63,969 nucleotides of DNA, filler included, from Octopus bimaculoides (GCF_001194135.2; 11 parts of 10 records of this genome joined end to end with filler, not necessarily neighbours in it), one strand, 5' to 3'; positions 13,239-25,960 are shown, numbered from the whole stretch's first letter. Made by a program: numbers and translations. The notes: generated by a model from the sequence alone, not told the origin.

Positions 13239-14276
13239 CACATTATATATAGTGTATGCAGGATAACACCATTGAAGGTGTCCAGTCATTTTTAAGACAA
13301 CAGAGTATGAGATGAGGTACATTTGGCAACTATTTCCAGCAAGCAGAGAAACTGCATCAAGGCTCCCATGTTCAAATTCTATGCAGTTCATCATCCTCAT
13401 TTAACGCCCACTTTCTCATGCTTGCATGGGTCAGACAGAATTAGTTGAATCTGATTGATTTTCTACACCCGGATGCCTTTCCTGTCACCAATGTTCACTT
13501 CTTTCCAAGCAAGTTATATAACTCCCATGGCCAGACATGTCTTTCTCAGAAGACTGGAAGCAAACAACCTTGTTTGTATCGACAATGCTCATTTACAACC
13601 AGCATATGGCGTCAAGAAAAGAGTACACACGTGTCTGCACTCGTATTTGTTCTTTGTTCAACATTCATTTTCCCAAGATGGAGGTTTAAACAAAAAAAAA
13701 GAAAAAAAAATACTTCTTGCACTTAATTAAACTGGGGAGGGGAAAAAAAAGAGAAAGTAATTTCCTTTCTGAATATCGATAATTTAGGCATCATAGAGAG
13801 ATAAAGAACATCAATTAAATGTGAGTGAATTATCTGGTGAGGGATTCCCCCATGATATAGTACCCACTGAGGTGATAGGAGATCCTTATTTAAGAATGCG
13901 GAAACTGACAGAAGATACACAGTAAACAAGATATGTGATATTAAAGGTCAGAGATAACTAAAGAGAAGTGTAAAGCGTGGTGAGTGTAATTAGAAGTAAA
14001 TGTTTGAATGGATTTGAAGTTGATAGAATTAAGAGGAAAAAAATTAAAAATAAAAAAAATTTTAAAATGTGAGAAGTGATGAACAACTGAGATGGATGGA
14101 TGGATGGATGGATTGAACACAAAACAGGTAGAATATATGTATGTGTGTGTAAGTATATATATATATATATATATATNNNNNNNNNNNNNNNNNNNNNNNN
14201 NNNNNNNNNNNNNNNNNNNNTTAATTAATTAANNNNNNNNNNNNNNNNNNNNNNNNNNNNNNNNNNNNNNNNNNNN

Positions 14277-14647
14277 ATCTGCATTATTCGCTCTCTTTGG
14301 GTATTTGCCATTGAGAGGTTTTCCATGCCATTTTTCAGTCATAATATCTAAGGCAGCAATTTTTGCACGGATTTTCAAGCGCTTAGCATTTTCTGCAGGT
14401 GTTTCTAGTTCGTCTAATTCTTGAATTTGTTGCAATTGGAATTCACTTAGATAGTCCTTTGCCTGTTTTGTTACTGAGTAAGATGCTTTCTTGCTTTCAT
14501 GTTTTAAGACAAGTTTTAGCATCCAGTCCTCAGAGTTTTTCAGATAGGTGTCTAGGCCAATTGTGGCTACCTTCATTGATAATGCCAGCTGTAGAAGTCC
14601 TCGGCCTCCCTCTTTTCTTGGTAGATAAAGACGTTCTATATCTGCCT
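14277..14647 (-). mobile_element. R4/Dong-type LINE fragment (RT thumb and linker region)
   Basis: Minus strand reads ADIERLYLPRKEGGRGLLQLALSMKVATIGLDTYL...KWHGKPLNGKY, in an open frame running into the gap. Confidence 0.88.
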
Positions 14648-15130
14648 AATTATTATTTTTATTGTTATTATTATTTTTATTGTTATTATTTAGCTAGTAC
14701 ATGATAATGTAGTTATCAGGAGTTTTATTTTGAGATTTGGTGACAAGACTCCTCGGATTTGAAGAATCGTTCGTAGGATTCTTGTGGAATATAGGATGTT
14801 ACTTTATGCAGGACGACATGACAAGTCTCAATTTCATCTTCTTTCAGTAATTTAGGTAGCATATTGTGTATTGCATTAAGTGCACCAATTACCACACGAA
14901 TAACTGTTGTCTTGTTTTTATATAGTTTCTTCAGCTCCTTGGCTAGATCCTGATGTTACTCAGTATTTTTATCTTCGTTGCGAGTGACTCCGTTATCACA
15001 GGGAATTGTAAATCTATGATTAGAGCGTTTGTTTATTTTCCCTCTATGATCATATCCGGTCTTCTTGCCTTAAAATTATGGTCAGATTTTTGTGGGTAAT
15101 CCCATAAAATACTGCCATTCTCATTTTCTT
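14648..15130 (-). mobile_element. Degenerate R4/Dong-type LINE 3' end with restriction-like endonuclease domain and TAA-rich tail
   Basis: Minus strand, with stops and frameshifts: ILWDYPQKSDHNFKARRPDMII...IID...PCD...HQDLAKELKKLY...VVIGAL. Tail at 14648-14691. Confidence 0.8.
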
Positions 15131-15577
15131 TCACAGTCCATAGTACATGTCTGTATTACTTTCCTGTTATTTTGAAGCCATACATTCGGTTAACGTCCTA
15201 ATGCACTTTTTACTTAGTCATTCTTACCTGCGTTTATACTCCTTTCATGCTAGAATACTGCACTCCCTCAAGAGATTATTGACATTTTCATCTCCTTTAC
15301 TTCAGTGTCTTTATTTGCTGTCTGACAGAGTTTTGTCGATCTTTTCCTGTATCATATTTTTACTAATAATTTTGTCTTTGAGCGGTTATAATGAGCATTT
15401 CTGTCTATCGTTTCAGATACTTATGTGTCAGTCAGAGCCAGCGTTCTTTATCGCCAACATTTTTGGTTTGTTGCATTAGTTGTTTATGTAATTCCATCTC
15501 TTTCCATTTGCTTGTGCTCGTGTTCTTCCATCTCTCTTTGAATTCTCCTACTCTCTCAGTTATCTATTGTCATCTCT

Positions 15578-15760
15578 AGCTTTGCAGAATTTCACCCGTC
15601 TTTATACTCTGCGTTCAAATTCCGCCGGGGTCGACTTCGTCTTTCATCCTTTCGTGGTCACTAAATTAAGAATCAGTTGAACACTGAGTTCGATTTAATC
15701 GGCTTAACCCCATCCCCTTCAAACCTGTACCTTTGTGCCAAAAATTTGAAGCCATTATTT
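15578..15760 (+). mobile_element. SINE family B
   Basis: gttcaaattccgccggggtcgacttcgtctttcatcctttcg...tttgtgccaaaa. Confidence 0.75.
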
Positions 15761-15876
15761 CTGTTGTTGTTTCACTTGACTCAGCTAGCGATAGTCATGC
15801 AGCCGAATTATCAATATATTATCTGTCTCCTGATCAACCTAAGTTGTGCAGATCTATGATCGATAGCATCAGTGTC

Positions 15877-16050
15877 TTAACAACAAATTAATCATGATCT
15901 CTTACATCTGTTTCAATTAATACTCAGAGAATATTAATTAAATATTAAATTCATATGTCTTGGGCATATCTTATAGTCTACTATAAGTCCATAAACACAA
16001 ATAAAATATCTAAGGTTATATTTTTCTCCCTTTGAAGATATTATACTCAG
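15877..16050. mobile_element. Partial second copy of the 17417-17718 MITE
   Basis: Aligns by eye with the left TIR and interior (ttaacaacaaattaatc...atattaaattcatatg...cataaacac...gatattatac). Confidence 0.75.
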
Positions 16051-16079
16051 ATTATCAGTACAATAAGCAGTGAAAACAC

Positions 16080-16485
16080 ATATAACGAATTAAATTTCTA
16101 AAATTTATAATTCCCCAACAAATTGATATTATTTGAATTTTTTTACTGGCAACCATCATAAATTTTTCCCTCTTAAACTCTGAATTTAAGTATGCATATA
16201 TTTTCGAAACACACTGAGTACAAATATGTTAATTTTTCGACACCTTCCCTGTAGACCCCTTGATACTTTTTCGCAGAACAAATAATACTGCAGTAGTGAC
16301 ACCACCAACATAATTCTTCACTCTCAAAACTATTCTGCGGTTACCTGAAAATCGCATACATGTCTATAATACTATTTGAGATATGCTAGACATTGTCAAG
16401 TTAAATTTTTCAAAATCCGTATTGCTTCGCACAGAAACTGCCATTGTATATTTTGATCATCTGCAAATAACATCAACACTATAGC
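16080..16485 (-). mobile_element. Highly degraded LINE reverse transcriptase fragment
   Basis: Minus strand IVLMLFADDQ at 16483-16454 resembles the RT catalytic motif. The downstream sequence is degraded and the extent is uncertain. Confidence 0.5.
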
Positions 16486-16940
16486 TTTTGAAATTACTGC
16501 GATAACATTTTATAACACGCAGAAACGCACACACACACACACACTAACCAACACACACACACACACACACACATACACTCGGCTACTCTTTTACAATAAT
16601 GCAGTAAAACCTGCATAACAGCGTTTGGCGGTAATTGTTGGATTGATGAAGTAGCCACATTGAATTGTCTGAAAACAATTAAGACAGTGAAACAACGGCT
16701 ACAAGTGTTGTTTGAAACAAAAAAAAAATGCAAAGAAATATAATTTGAACAAGTTTTAGTCAGAGATGAAGGCAGCACAGATGCTGAATCTGTCATACCC
16801 AGACATTGAATCAAATGACTGCTTTGTCTTTTACTTTTCCATCTAAAGTATACTTGGAAATTTTTAGTGGTGATGATGCTTAATTCGCAACCCACTGCTT
16901 GATATACATGTCTTATTGTATGTACGTGTCTGCATGCATG

Positions 16941-16992
<52 letters not shown>

Positions 16993-17002
16993 CATGCATA
17001 TA

Positions 17003-17039
<37 letters not shown>

Positions 17040-17089
17040 TCCGCACCTAACCAGCGAGGTGGTATCAATCAAAAGCTAAAACGATATAA

Positions 17090-17390
17090 AGTGCATTGTG
17101 ACCAGCATCTGATATTCTGGTGGATCACCGGTTTTCAGGTGGCAGTTCCCAGACTGAGCGTAGCGTTGTCTTCTTGAGCAAAGCACTTCAATTCACGTTG
17201 CTCTGCGATCATTTCGTAATCTGACATCTGGCACACGATGCACCTGTACAGGTAATGTCAATTTCATGGAGGGAGTGAGCTTATGTGTACACAAGCATTT
17301 GATCACTATAGACAAATCATCTGGGTGGTTGTTCAGCTAGAAATTGCTGAATTCTCATATGTTGTCTAACGATGGGAGAGTCCATGATAC
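17090..17390 (+). mobile_element. Additional SINE-like repeat with a CORE-like block
   Basis: gcgttgtcttcttgagcaaagcacttcaattcacgttgctc resembles the family C core; the rest differs. Confidence 0.5.
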
Positions 17391-17416
17391 ATATAAGAAG
17401 AAAACGAAAATAGAGT

Positions 17417-17718
17417 TTGGGAAGTTAATAATTATTTAACAACAAATTAATCATTCTCATTTACATCTGTTGAATTGATACTCAGTGAATATTAATTCAA
17501 TATTAAATTCATATGACCTGAGCATAATATCTTATAGTCAGCTATAATGGATTCATAAACACATATAAAATACCCAAGGGTATATTTTCCCCCTCTGATG
17601 ATATTATACGCATGTCATATGAATTTAATATTTAATTAATATTCACTGAGTATTAATTGAAAAAGATGTAAGGGACGAAGATTAATTTATTGATAATAAA
17701 CAATTATTAACTTCCTAA
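17417..17718. mobile_element. MITE with long (about 100 bp) imperfect TIRs
   Basis: Left arm gggaagttaataatt...gaatattaattcaatattaaattcatatgac is inverted at the right as gtcatatgaatttaatatttaattaatattc...aattattaacttcc. Confidence 0.8.
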
Positions 17719-18634
17719 TCCCCATTTTCTTTTTTTGTTCTTTTATATGAATATAAACTATATATTTTTATATATATATACCTATTATTTTGAGGCAATC
17801 AATTCCCCCAAAATACTAGGTATGGAACTAGTATTTACTTGGATAAAACCATCCCGTCATGAGGTTAACATAACCTCTAATCGAATATATATATATAGAA
17901 GTGTGTGTGTATGGTTATGTGTACCCCCATTTAACGAACGATAAATTATGCATTTCTTCAACTCCGTTTTAGAGAAAAATATCTAAATAACTGTGAAGGT
18001 TCCCAATGTGAGATATGTACCAACTATTCAAATACAAGTGTACCAACCTGAAAATAAAATCACACGGAAATTTCTCCAAAAATGTAAATATGAATATGTG
18101 GTGTGAAACCCGGCTGCTTGCGAACTATATACTGTGTTTGATTTTAATGTTATTTTCGATGTCTCAAAGTTAAGTTATTTAGAGCTTTTTCCTATATTGA
18201 TGTTCAGTAGCAATAAATCAATAAATTCTAAAGAAAAAGTCGGAATAAAATTCTGTATTCTTATAGACTCATCCCATTTCACGTAATTTTCCTTCTGCGT
18301 TGTGTAATGTTTTCTTTTTTAAAAAATATTTTTTTATGAAATTCTTTCTTGCATTTGAAGTTCTGATATTCATTTTATTGCTTTGTTTTGCATTGTGCTT
18401 GTTTATTTTTTTTATTATGATTTACTTATTTCTGATTCAGCTATTACTACGTTATATATACACACATAAATACATATACATACATATATGTATGTATATA
18501 TGTGTGTATATATATATATAGTTAATCAATAATTTCCGATTTTATTTAAAGTTGCTCGACGAAAATAAATGTGTTTGTGTATCTGTGCATATGCACATAC
18601 ATACATATATGCATATATCTACACAAATACATAC

Positions 18635-18739
<105 letters not shown>

Positions 18740-19329
18740 GAGAATGAGAGTGACAGAGAGAGAGAGAATGAGAGTGACAGAGAGAGAGAGAGAGAGAATG
18801 AGAGTGACAGAGAGGAGCTAAGAAAAAACAAAATGAAAACTGCCGCAGAACGCATATAAAACAAAAGAATACATTTCGTTGACTAGTAATATATGTTCAT
18901 GTAGACTTTAATGTGTCCCTTCTCATATTTTCTTGTGTTTTATAAGATTTTATCATTGTATGTCCATCTATATATGTTGCTTCATTTAATCTCTCAGACT
19001 TGTGTCTTGAAATCCCACCAGACTCGTTTCAGTTTTGAGGCATAGTCCCATTGTAGGAAGTCATATTTTTTTCCCTCCACTGTTGTGCAGAAACTAGTCA
19101 ATGTTTGGAACGAAATGTATTCTGTTATTTATCCACGCGAAACCTTCGAGCTGGTAAAATTATAAGAGCATTGGAAAAAAAAAAAATTTTGTTATGTATT
19201 CAAGCTCTTTATATTCTAAGTTCAAATCCTGCCAATGTTGACTTTACTACTTGTTCTTCCGGGATACAATGAGATAATGTATCATTCAAGTACTGAAGTC
19301 GATGAAAAATCAAGCATTTTATCGGTTAG

Positions 19330-19597
19330 GACGATGACACGTTCCTGATGATCCTAGCAGCATGCTCATGAAATTAACGTCTAAGTGGCTGAGCACAGCA
19401 CAAACACGAATAACCACGAAAAGTTTAAACAAAAGTTGTGATTCTCAAAGAGATTCAACATCACATTACAGGTACAACACATTTTTTTGTACTGGATCAA
19501 GGTGAAATAAAATGTCTTGCGCAAGGACACAACGCTTGCTAGGACTCGAACTCACGATCATGGGTCGAATACCACTACCGATTAAACAACGCGCCTT
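19330..19597 (-). mobile_element. SINE family C, diverged
   Basis: gaaattaacgtctaagtggctgagcac...gtcttgcgcaaggacacaacgc...gaactcacgatc. Confidence 0.75.
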
Positions 19598-20201
19598 CAC
19601 GGAGGTAATGATACCAACTGATCCCTAATTACTGCAGACTTTGCATCTAAGTTAGAAAGAAATATTTGCTGTGTTGTGTGGGGGAGCTGATAAAATAGTT
19701 AGTCGGTAGGGAAAACGCTTATGGTTATTTGCCCTGGCTCAATGCGTTCATACTTCAAATCTTGCCGAAGTCTAATTTGCTTTTCATCTTTTTAAAACCG
19801 ATTAAATAGATTACCAGTAAGTGCGAGGGGGATGCCAACGAATAACCCTCTCTGCTCAAAAGTTCTGGTCCCAAAATGGCTACTTTATATTTTGAGCCCG
19901 AGACCAGAGCGCGTCCGACTTCGTCTGTCACTTTCCTCCAGAATCGATGGAAATAATAAATAGTCAGTTCTCTGCGAAATGATGGGATGCATTCAACCAA
20001 CTGCCCAGTGGTCTTTATGTGGTCTGTCGACCTGCCAGGCGTACTGACAATATTTCCATCAAACCACACCGACAAAGCTTTCGAGCTAAATTTGTAAGTT
20101 TGCATAAAAGTAAATCAAAGCAAGACATCTCATCCAAAAATAACAGTATTTAAAAGAAATCAAAAAATATCAACTAGATTATGGCTGGGATATATAAAAG
20201 T

Positions 20202-20600
20202 TTACTCAAAGTAGCCCTCATCCGCTTCCACCATTGTCTCAAGACAACTCTTGAACTTGGTACATGCCTTCCTCACTGTGTCCCTGAGATCTTAGAACAG
20301 CTTCATCTTGGCCACCAGCTTGGCTTTGATGCTGCAGGCAAGGCGGCTGGTGTTTTTCTCACTCACGCTCCAGATACAGTAAGCCATCAGTTAATGATCG
20401 AGTGAGTTAAGAGGCCATAAATTGGACCGGCGAAGACGTAAAAATTCTCAGCCAGTCACTTCTGACATTTTCCCAGGTGTATGTAAATAAGCCGAATCCT
20501 ACTGCCAGACATATGGCCTTCCAGTACCAACCTTCTCCAGCCAGGGATTGACCACTATAACCTGTAGCATCACAGAGCCACCTGAATTGATGCTGAGCAA
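20202..20600 (-). pseudogene. maT/DD37D-type Tc1-mariner transposase C-terminal remnant
   Basis: Minus strand, with stops and frameshifts: NPWLEKVGTGRPYVWQ*DSA...ENFY...LWPLNSLD...YCIWSV...TVRKACTKFKSCLETMVEADEGYFE*. Confidence 0.8.
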
Positions 20601-20608
20601 TGTTTGAA

Positions 20609-20674
20609 GATGCAAGGATCAATTCCAGGATGCAAGGATCAATTCCAGGATGCGAGGATCAATTCCAGGATGCG
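20609..20674 (+). repeat. 20-bp tandem repeat GATGCAAGGATCAATTCCAG, about 3.3 copies
   Basis: Directly visible. Confidence 0.9.
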
Positions 20675-20844
20675 GACACAGTCAGAAAATCTGCTGTGTC
20701 CCTCCCTGCTGGCTACGTCTTCCAAGTCTAAGGTNNNNNNNNNNNNNNNNNNNNNNNNNNNNNNNNNNNNNNNNNNNNTTAATTAATTAANNNNNNNNNN
20801 NNNNNNNNNNNNNNNNNNNNNNNNNNNNNNNNNNAACCACTATT

Positions 20845-20963
20845 TTACAATCATCACCATCGTCATCATCATCACCATCATCATCGACATCATCATCATC
20901 ATCGACATCATCATCATCATCGACATCATCATCATCGCCACCACCACCACCACCACCACCACA

Positions 20964-21037
<74 letters not shown>
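20845..21037 (+). repeat. Compound trinucleotide microsatellite (ATC)n(ACC)n(ACT)n
   Basis: Directly visible; explains the poly-D/G/S ORF. Confidence 0.95.
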
Positions 21038-21239
21038 AGCTGTCTGCCGTTATGAGTAGCATTACCAAAATTTCCCCACAAAAAGAACAAAACAAAACAA
21101 GCAGGCAAGCAAGCAAACAAACAAACAAACAAACAAATCCGCCATGGCCAACTAAGGAAGTAACAACAACACTAAATTGCAACAGCTCCTCTACCACCAC
21201 CAGTCACCAACGCCGCCGTCACACAGTGACAAACAACAA

Positions 21240-21293
<54 letters not shown>

Positions 21294-21927
21294 CAGCAGC
21301 AGCAGCGACTCCACAACTTTCAGTCCAGCGGAGCACGTCACTTTTACAACGACGATAAACCGAAAGTGGAATTTTTCTTTTATTTTTTCGCCATTTAAAA
21401 ATAAATCATTATAGTTCATATTCTATCGCATTATCTATTATTGTAATGTTGTTTTTCTTGATATTCTGGGTTTTTTCTTCCTCTTTGAGCGACCTGTTCA
21501 GACATATCATCGCAAGTTTCCACTTTACAGCTTGACTTAAAAGTCTATTCTGCATGGTTGTTGCATGGTTCAATGGTTAAGAGGTGCGCGTTTTTTTTTT
21601 TATCTCTTTCCGTTTTCTAAGAACCGTATCACGGGTTCAATCCCTTTGTCTAGTATCTAGGACAAACTTTTCTTTCCTTTCACTTTTTTTTTTGTTTTTC
21701 CATTCCCACCCCCCTCTTCTTGCTATAGCTTAGCTTTGAGCGAAGTCTCATGATTTAAGTTGGATCAACAGAAACTGTGCAGAAACTTGTCGGGTGCATT
21801 GTAAAGACACACCGCCGAATATCCGGACGGTAATGAGCCGCAACCTCGCATAATCCGCACTAATTTACACTATTGTGCAATTCGCTGTATCTGTATTTCA
21901 TTTAATTAAAAGATTTTTTTATTTTAT

Positions 21928-22280
21928 ATCAGTCATTTGGCTGCGGCCATGCTGGAGCACCGCCTTTAGTAGAACAAATCAACCCCAGGACTTATTCTTT
22001 GTAAGCCTAGTACTTATTCTATCGGTCTCTCTTGCCGAACCGCTAAGTTACGGGGACGTAAACACACCAGCATCGGTTGTCAAGCGATGTTGGGGGGACA
22101 AACACAGACGCACAAATATACATACATATATATACGATGGGCTTCTTTCAGTTTCCGTCTACCAAATCCACTCACAAGGCTTTGGTCCACCTGAGGCTAT
22201 AGTAGAAGACACTTGCCCAAAGTGCAACGCAGTGGGACTGAACCCGGAACCATGTGGTTGGTAAGCAAGCTACTTACCAT
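21928..22280 (-). mobile_element. SINE family A
   Basis: Same diagnostic blocks (ctgcggccatgctggagcaccgcc, gccgaaccgctaag, gggactgaacccgg). Confidence 0.88.
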
Positions 22281-23170
22281 TCAAATGAATTTAATATTTG
22301 TTTAATTNNNNNNNNNNNNNNNNNNNNNNNNNNNNNNNNNNNNNNNNNNNNNNNNNNNNNNNNNNNNNNNNNNNNNNNNNNNNNNNNNNNNNNNNNNNNN
22401 NNNNNNNNNNNNNNNNNNNNNNNNNNNNNNNNNNNNNNNNNNNNNNNNNNNNNNNNNNNNNNNNNNNNNNNNNNNNNNNNNNNNNNNNNNNNNNNNNNNN
22501 NNNNNNNNNNNNNNNNNNNNNNNNNNNNNNNNNNNNNNNNNNNNNNNNNNNNNNNNNNNNNNNNNNNNNNNNNNNNNNNNNNNNNNNNNNNNNNNNNNNN
22601 NNNNNNNNNNNNNNNNNNNNNNNNNNNNNNNNNNNNNNNNNNNNNNNNNNNNNNNNNNNNNNNNNNNNNNNNNNNNNNNNNNNNNNNNNNNNNNNNNNNN
22701 NNNNNNNNNNNNNNNNNNNNNNNNNNNNNNNNNNNNNNNNNNNNNNNNNNNNNNNNNNNNNNNNNNNNNNNNNNNNNNNNNNNNNNNNNNNNNNNNNNNN
22801 NNNNNNNNNNNNNNNNNNNNNNNNNNNNNNNNNNNNNNNNNNNNNNNNNNNNNNNNNNNNNNNNNNNNNNNNNNNNNNNNNNNNNNNNNNNNNNNNNNNN
22901 NNNNNNNNNNNNNNNNNNNNNNNNNNNNNNNNNNNNNNNNNNNNNNNNNNNNNNNNNNNNNNNNNNNNNNNNNNNNNNNNNNNNNNNNNNNNNNNNNNNN
23001 NNNNNNNNNNNNNNNNNNNNNNNNNNNNNNNNNNNNNNNNNNNNNNNNNNNNNNNNNNNNNNNNNNNNNNNNNNNNNNNNNNNNNNNNNNNNNNNNNNNN
23101 NNNNNNNNNNNNNNNNNNNNNNNNNNNNNNNCATCATCATCGTCCTCATCATCGTCATCATCATCATCAT

Positions 23171-23497
23171 GATTATTATTATTATTATTATTATTGTTCA
23201 GTAGTTTTATTTTTATAACGTGCTTTCACTTCACTACCGAGCGCAGCTCTGTGCGCCTTGGGTATGTGCTGTGGTTTGCTGTGGTGCTCTTATGTTTACT
23301 GTATTGAAAGTGTTTTGCGTAGAATGTGTGCAGTACCCAGTAGTGCAATTTTCTGTATGTTATATATATTTGTAAGTCCTGGTGTTTTTGTTATGTATTT
23401 GTCTGAATATTTTTTTATTATACCTAAGGCACCTACTATGATAGGAATTGTCTCTGTTTTTAGATTCCACATTCGAGTTATCTCTATTTCCAGGTCT
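23171..23497 (-). mobile_element. R4/Dong-type LINE 3' fragment, near-identical to 6284-6606
   Basis: About five substitutions relative to the 6.3-kb copy; (ATT)n tracts on both sides. Confidence 0.9.
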
Positions 23498-23882
23498 TTT
23501 ATTATTATTATTATTATTCCTGTCTCCTACAACGGCAATTCCAATTCCGACAGAAATTTTTTGGGGAAAAAATTTCATTTTGTAATTCAGCCACCCACTC
23601 CACCCCCATAAGATGGTAACATATATTCTTCGGAAATTCCACCCTTCTTAGAACTTCGTCAAAGAACTATCTCTCGTTCGTGTTGTGGTTTATAAATAAC
23701 AAACTATTTCTAGAAGTGGGACACGTCTAATTTGCATATGAACAGCGTGCACTGTAATTGTTGTTAATCATACAATAATTATTAAAGTGTGATTCCGTAA
23801 GTTTGTGTAATTTGGAATCTATTATCCAAGGTGTGTCCTCATTCATGAATTTATTTTTAATGAATTGGGTTTCTTTTTATCC

Positions 23883-23991
23883 CAGCCACATAGTTCCGGG
23901 TTCAGTCCCACTGCGTGGCACCTTGGCCAAGTGACTTTTACTATAACCTTGGGCTGACCAAAGCCTTGGGTACTGAAAGAAGCCCTTCGTA

Positions 23992-23995
<4 letters not shown>
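23883..23995 (+). mobile_element. SINE family A, 5' half with internal deletion
   Basis: ccacatagttccgggttcagtcccactgcgtggcacc...ctgaaagaagccc. Confidence 0.8.
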
Positions 23996-24052
<57 letters not shown>

Positions 24053-24457
24053 TTAGCATGCAGAAATATAAGTCATAANNNNNNNNNNNNNNNNNNNNNN
24101 NNNNNNNNNNNNNNNNNNNNNNNNNNNNNNNNNNNNNNNNNNNNNNNNNNNNNNNNNNNNNNNNNNNNNNNNNNNNNNNNNNNNNNNNNNNNNNNNNNNN
24201 NNNNNNNNNNNNNNNNNNNNNNNNNNNNNNNNNNNNNNNNNNNNNNNNNNNNNNNNNNNNNNNNNNNNNNNNNNNNNNNNNNNNNNNNNNNNNNNNNNNN
24301 NNNNNNNNNNNNNNNNNNNNNNNNNNNNNNNNNNNNNNNNNNNNNNNNNNNNNNNNNNNNNNNNNNNNNNNNNNNNNNNNNNNNNNNNNNNNNNNNNNNN
24401 NNNNNNNNNNNNNNNNNNNNNNNNNNNNNNNNNNNNNNNNNNNNNNNNNNNNNNNNN

Positions 24458-24613
24458 ACGATGGGCTTCTTTCAGTTTCCGTCTACCAAATCCACTCACA
24501 AGGCTTTGGTCGGCTTGAGACTATAGTAGAAGACACTTGCTCAAGATGCCACGCAGTGGGACTGAACCCGGAACCATGTGGTTGGTAAGCAAGCTACTTA
24601 CCACACAGCCACT
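24458..24613 (-). mobile_element. SINE family A, 5' half
   Basis: gggcttctttcagtttccgtctacc...agctacttaccacacagccact. Confidence 0.88.
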
Positions 24614-25337
24614 ATAATTTAATGTAGCGCAACGCACGTTCTTATTTTTTAATCATTCCGTGAACATATATATATATAGATATAGATATTTATAGCAATC
24701 TTTTGATTGAGGCCCATAAAATGGCCGATTATAAAACGAAAGGAAATAATCTCTTATACTCGGCGATAAAAGATAAGTGAAAAGTACATGATTTGGCATT
24801 AGCTTCAAAACTTGAACGATTTATTTGTAATCCGTTTTGCCTTTTTTGAGGAAGGGTGGTGAAGTTAAAACTCAAGAAGTGAAACAAAGTGATCGTCGGG
24901 GATGAGTAATATCTTAAACATTTACGCATTTTGCTTTGTTAAAATCAGGAAAATGAAACAAAATGATGACATGAATGATCGCGTAGGTAAGTAAATCGTA
25001 ATGGTTATTTGTAATATTTTGTCTTTGCTGCAGTTGTTTTTTGATTTCAGTTTAGGGACGTTCACAAAGAAAGAAAAAATTATTCCAAATAAATATTACG
25101 CTTTATTATTCTCTGAAATCGTATTATTTCTCTTTTGATAAGGCAGCGAGCTGGCAAAATCATTAGTAAGATCTTATACTCATTATTCTCAGTGACATAT
25201 ACCATTTCAATGTTCTTCCAAGACTGTACTTCTCACGCAATCTCCAATGAATATAAATAGCTACGTTATCATTTTCCCTTTTGTATTCTTTTTGAGCAGT
25301 TTGCTACACACGTTCATATATTATCATTATGAACACC

Positions 25338-25590
25338 ATATTATTATTATTATTATTTTATTGTCTTTGCACAGCTTCTAAAGCTGGAGATGTACTTCGG
25401 TGACAGATATTCACTACCAGTGAACTAAAGTAACACCGCTTCTTTTTCGAGCACCTACCGGAATATTCGAACGGTTCCAAGCAGTTCTGTTTTCTGCAAG
25501 TGCTCCAGCCTTATTACAGCCCCTACTTTTTCCATATACTTCTCAAGATTTTTACTCACTGTTCCCAGGGCTCCGACAATTATTGGTACT
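25338..25590 (-). mobile_element. R4/Dong-type LINE 3' fragment, second subfamily
   Basis: Minus strand reads VPIIVGALGTVSKNLEKYMEKVGAVIRLEHLQKTELLGTVRIFR*. Flanked by (ATT)n and (ACT)n. Confidence 0.82.
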
Positions 25591-25761
25591 ACTACTACTA
25601 CTTTTTTCAGCGACTACAACTGCTTAAACTCCCAAGCTAACCTGTCATATCTATCGACTTTCCTTTCTTCCTAATCGCATACCTTGTCAGCCGGGTATGC
25701 TATATCTATGCTGTGCGACGTCAAGAATAATAATGATAATAATAATAATAATAATAATAAT

Positions 25762-25960
25762 AGTAAAAGAAGCTATACTTGAAATCTCTACACTACGCGC
25801 TATCCCAAAAAATAGCCCTGCTAGGAATAGCCCACATCCTATGCAAGATACAATAATGCAACTTAAACAAAACAACCCACAAACACAAGTCTGTCTATAC
25901 AGTAATTACCAGTAAAATAAACTTCCACCAGCAAGCTAGAAAACCATACAAACAGTAATA
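25762..25960 (+). mobile_element. Degenerate R4/Dong-type LINE 3' fragment
   Basis: Starts directly after (AAT)n and reads QKIALLGIAHILCK. Confidence 0.6.

Noticed and set aside
18335-18450. Signal-peptide-like MKFFLAFEVLIFILLLCFALC
   Set aside because: It comes from T-rich low-complexity DNA and has no splice donor or linkage to the VWA exon.
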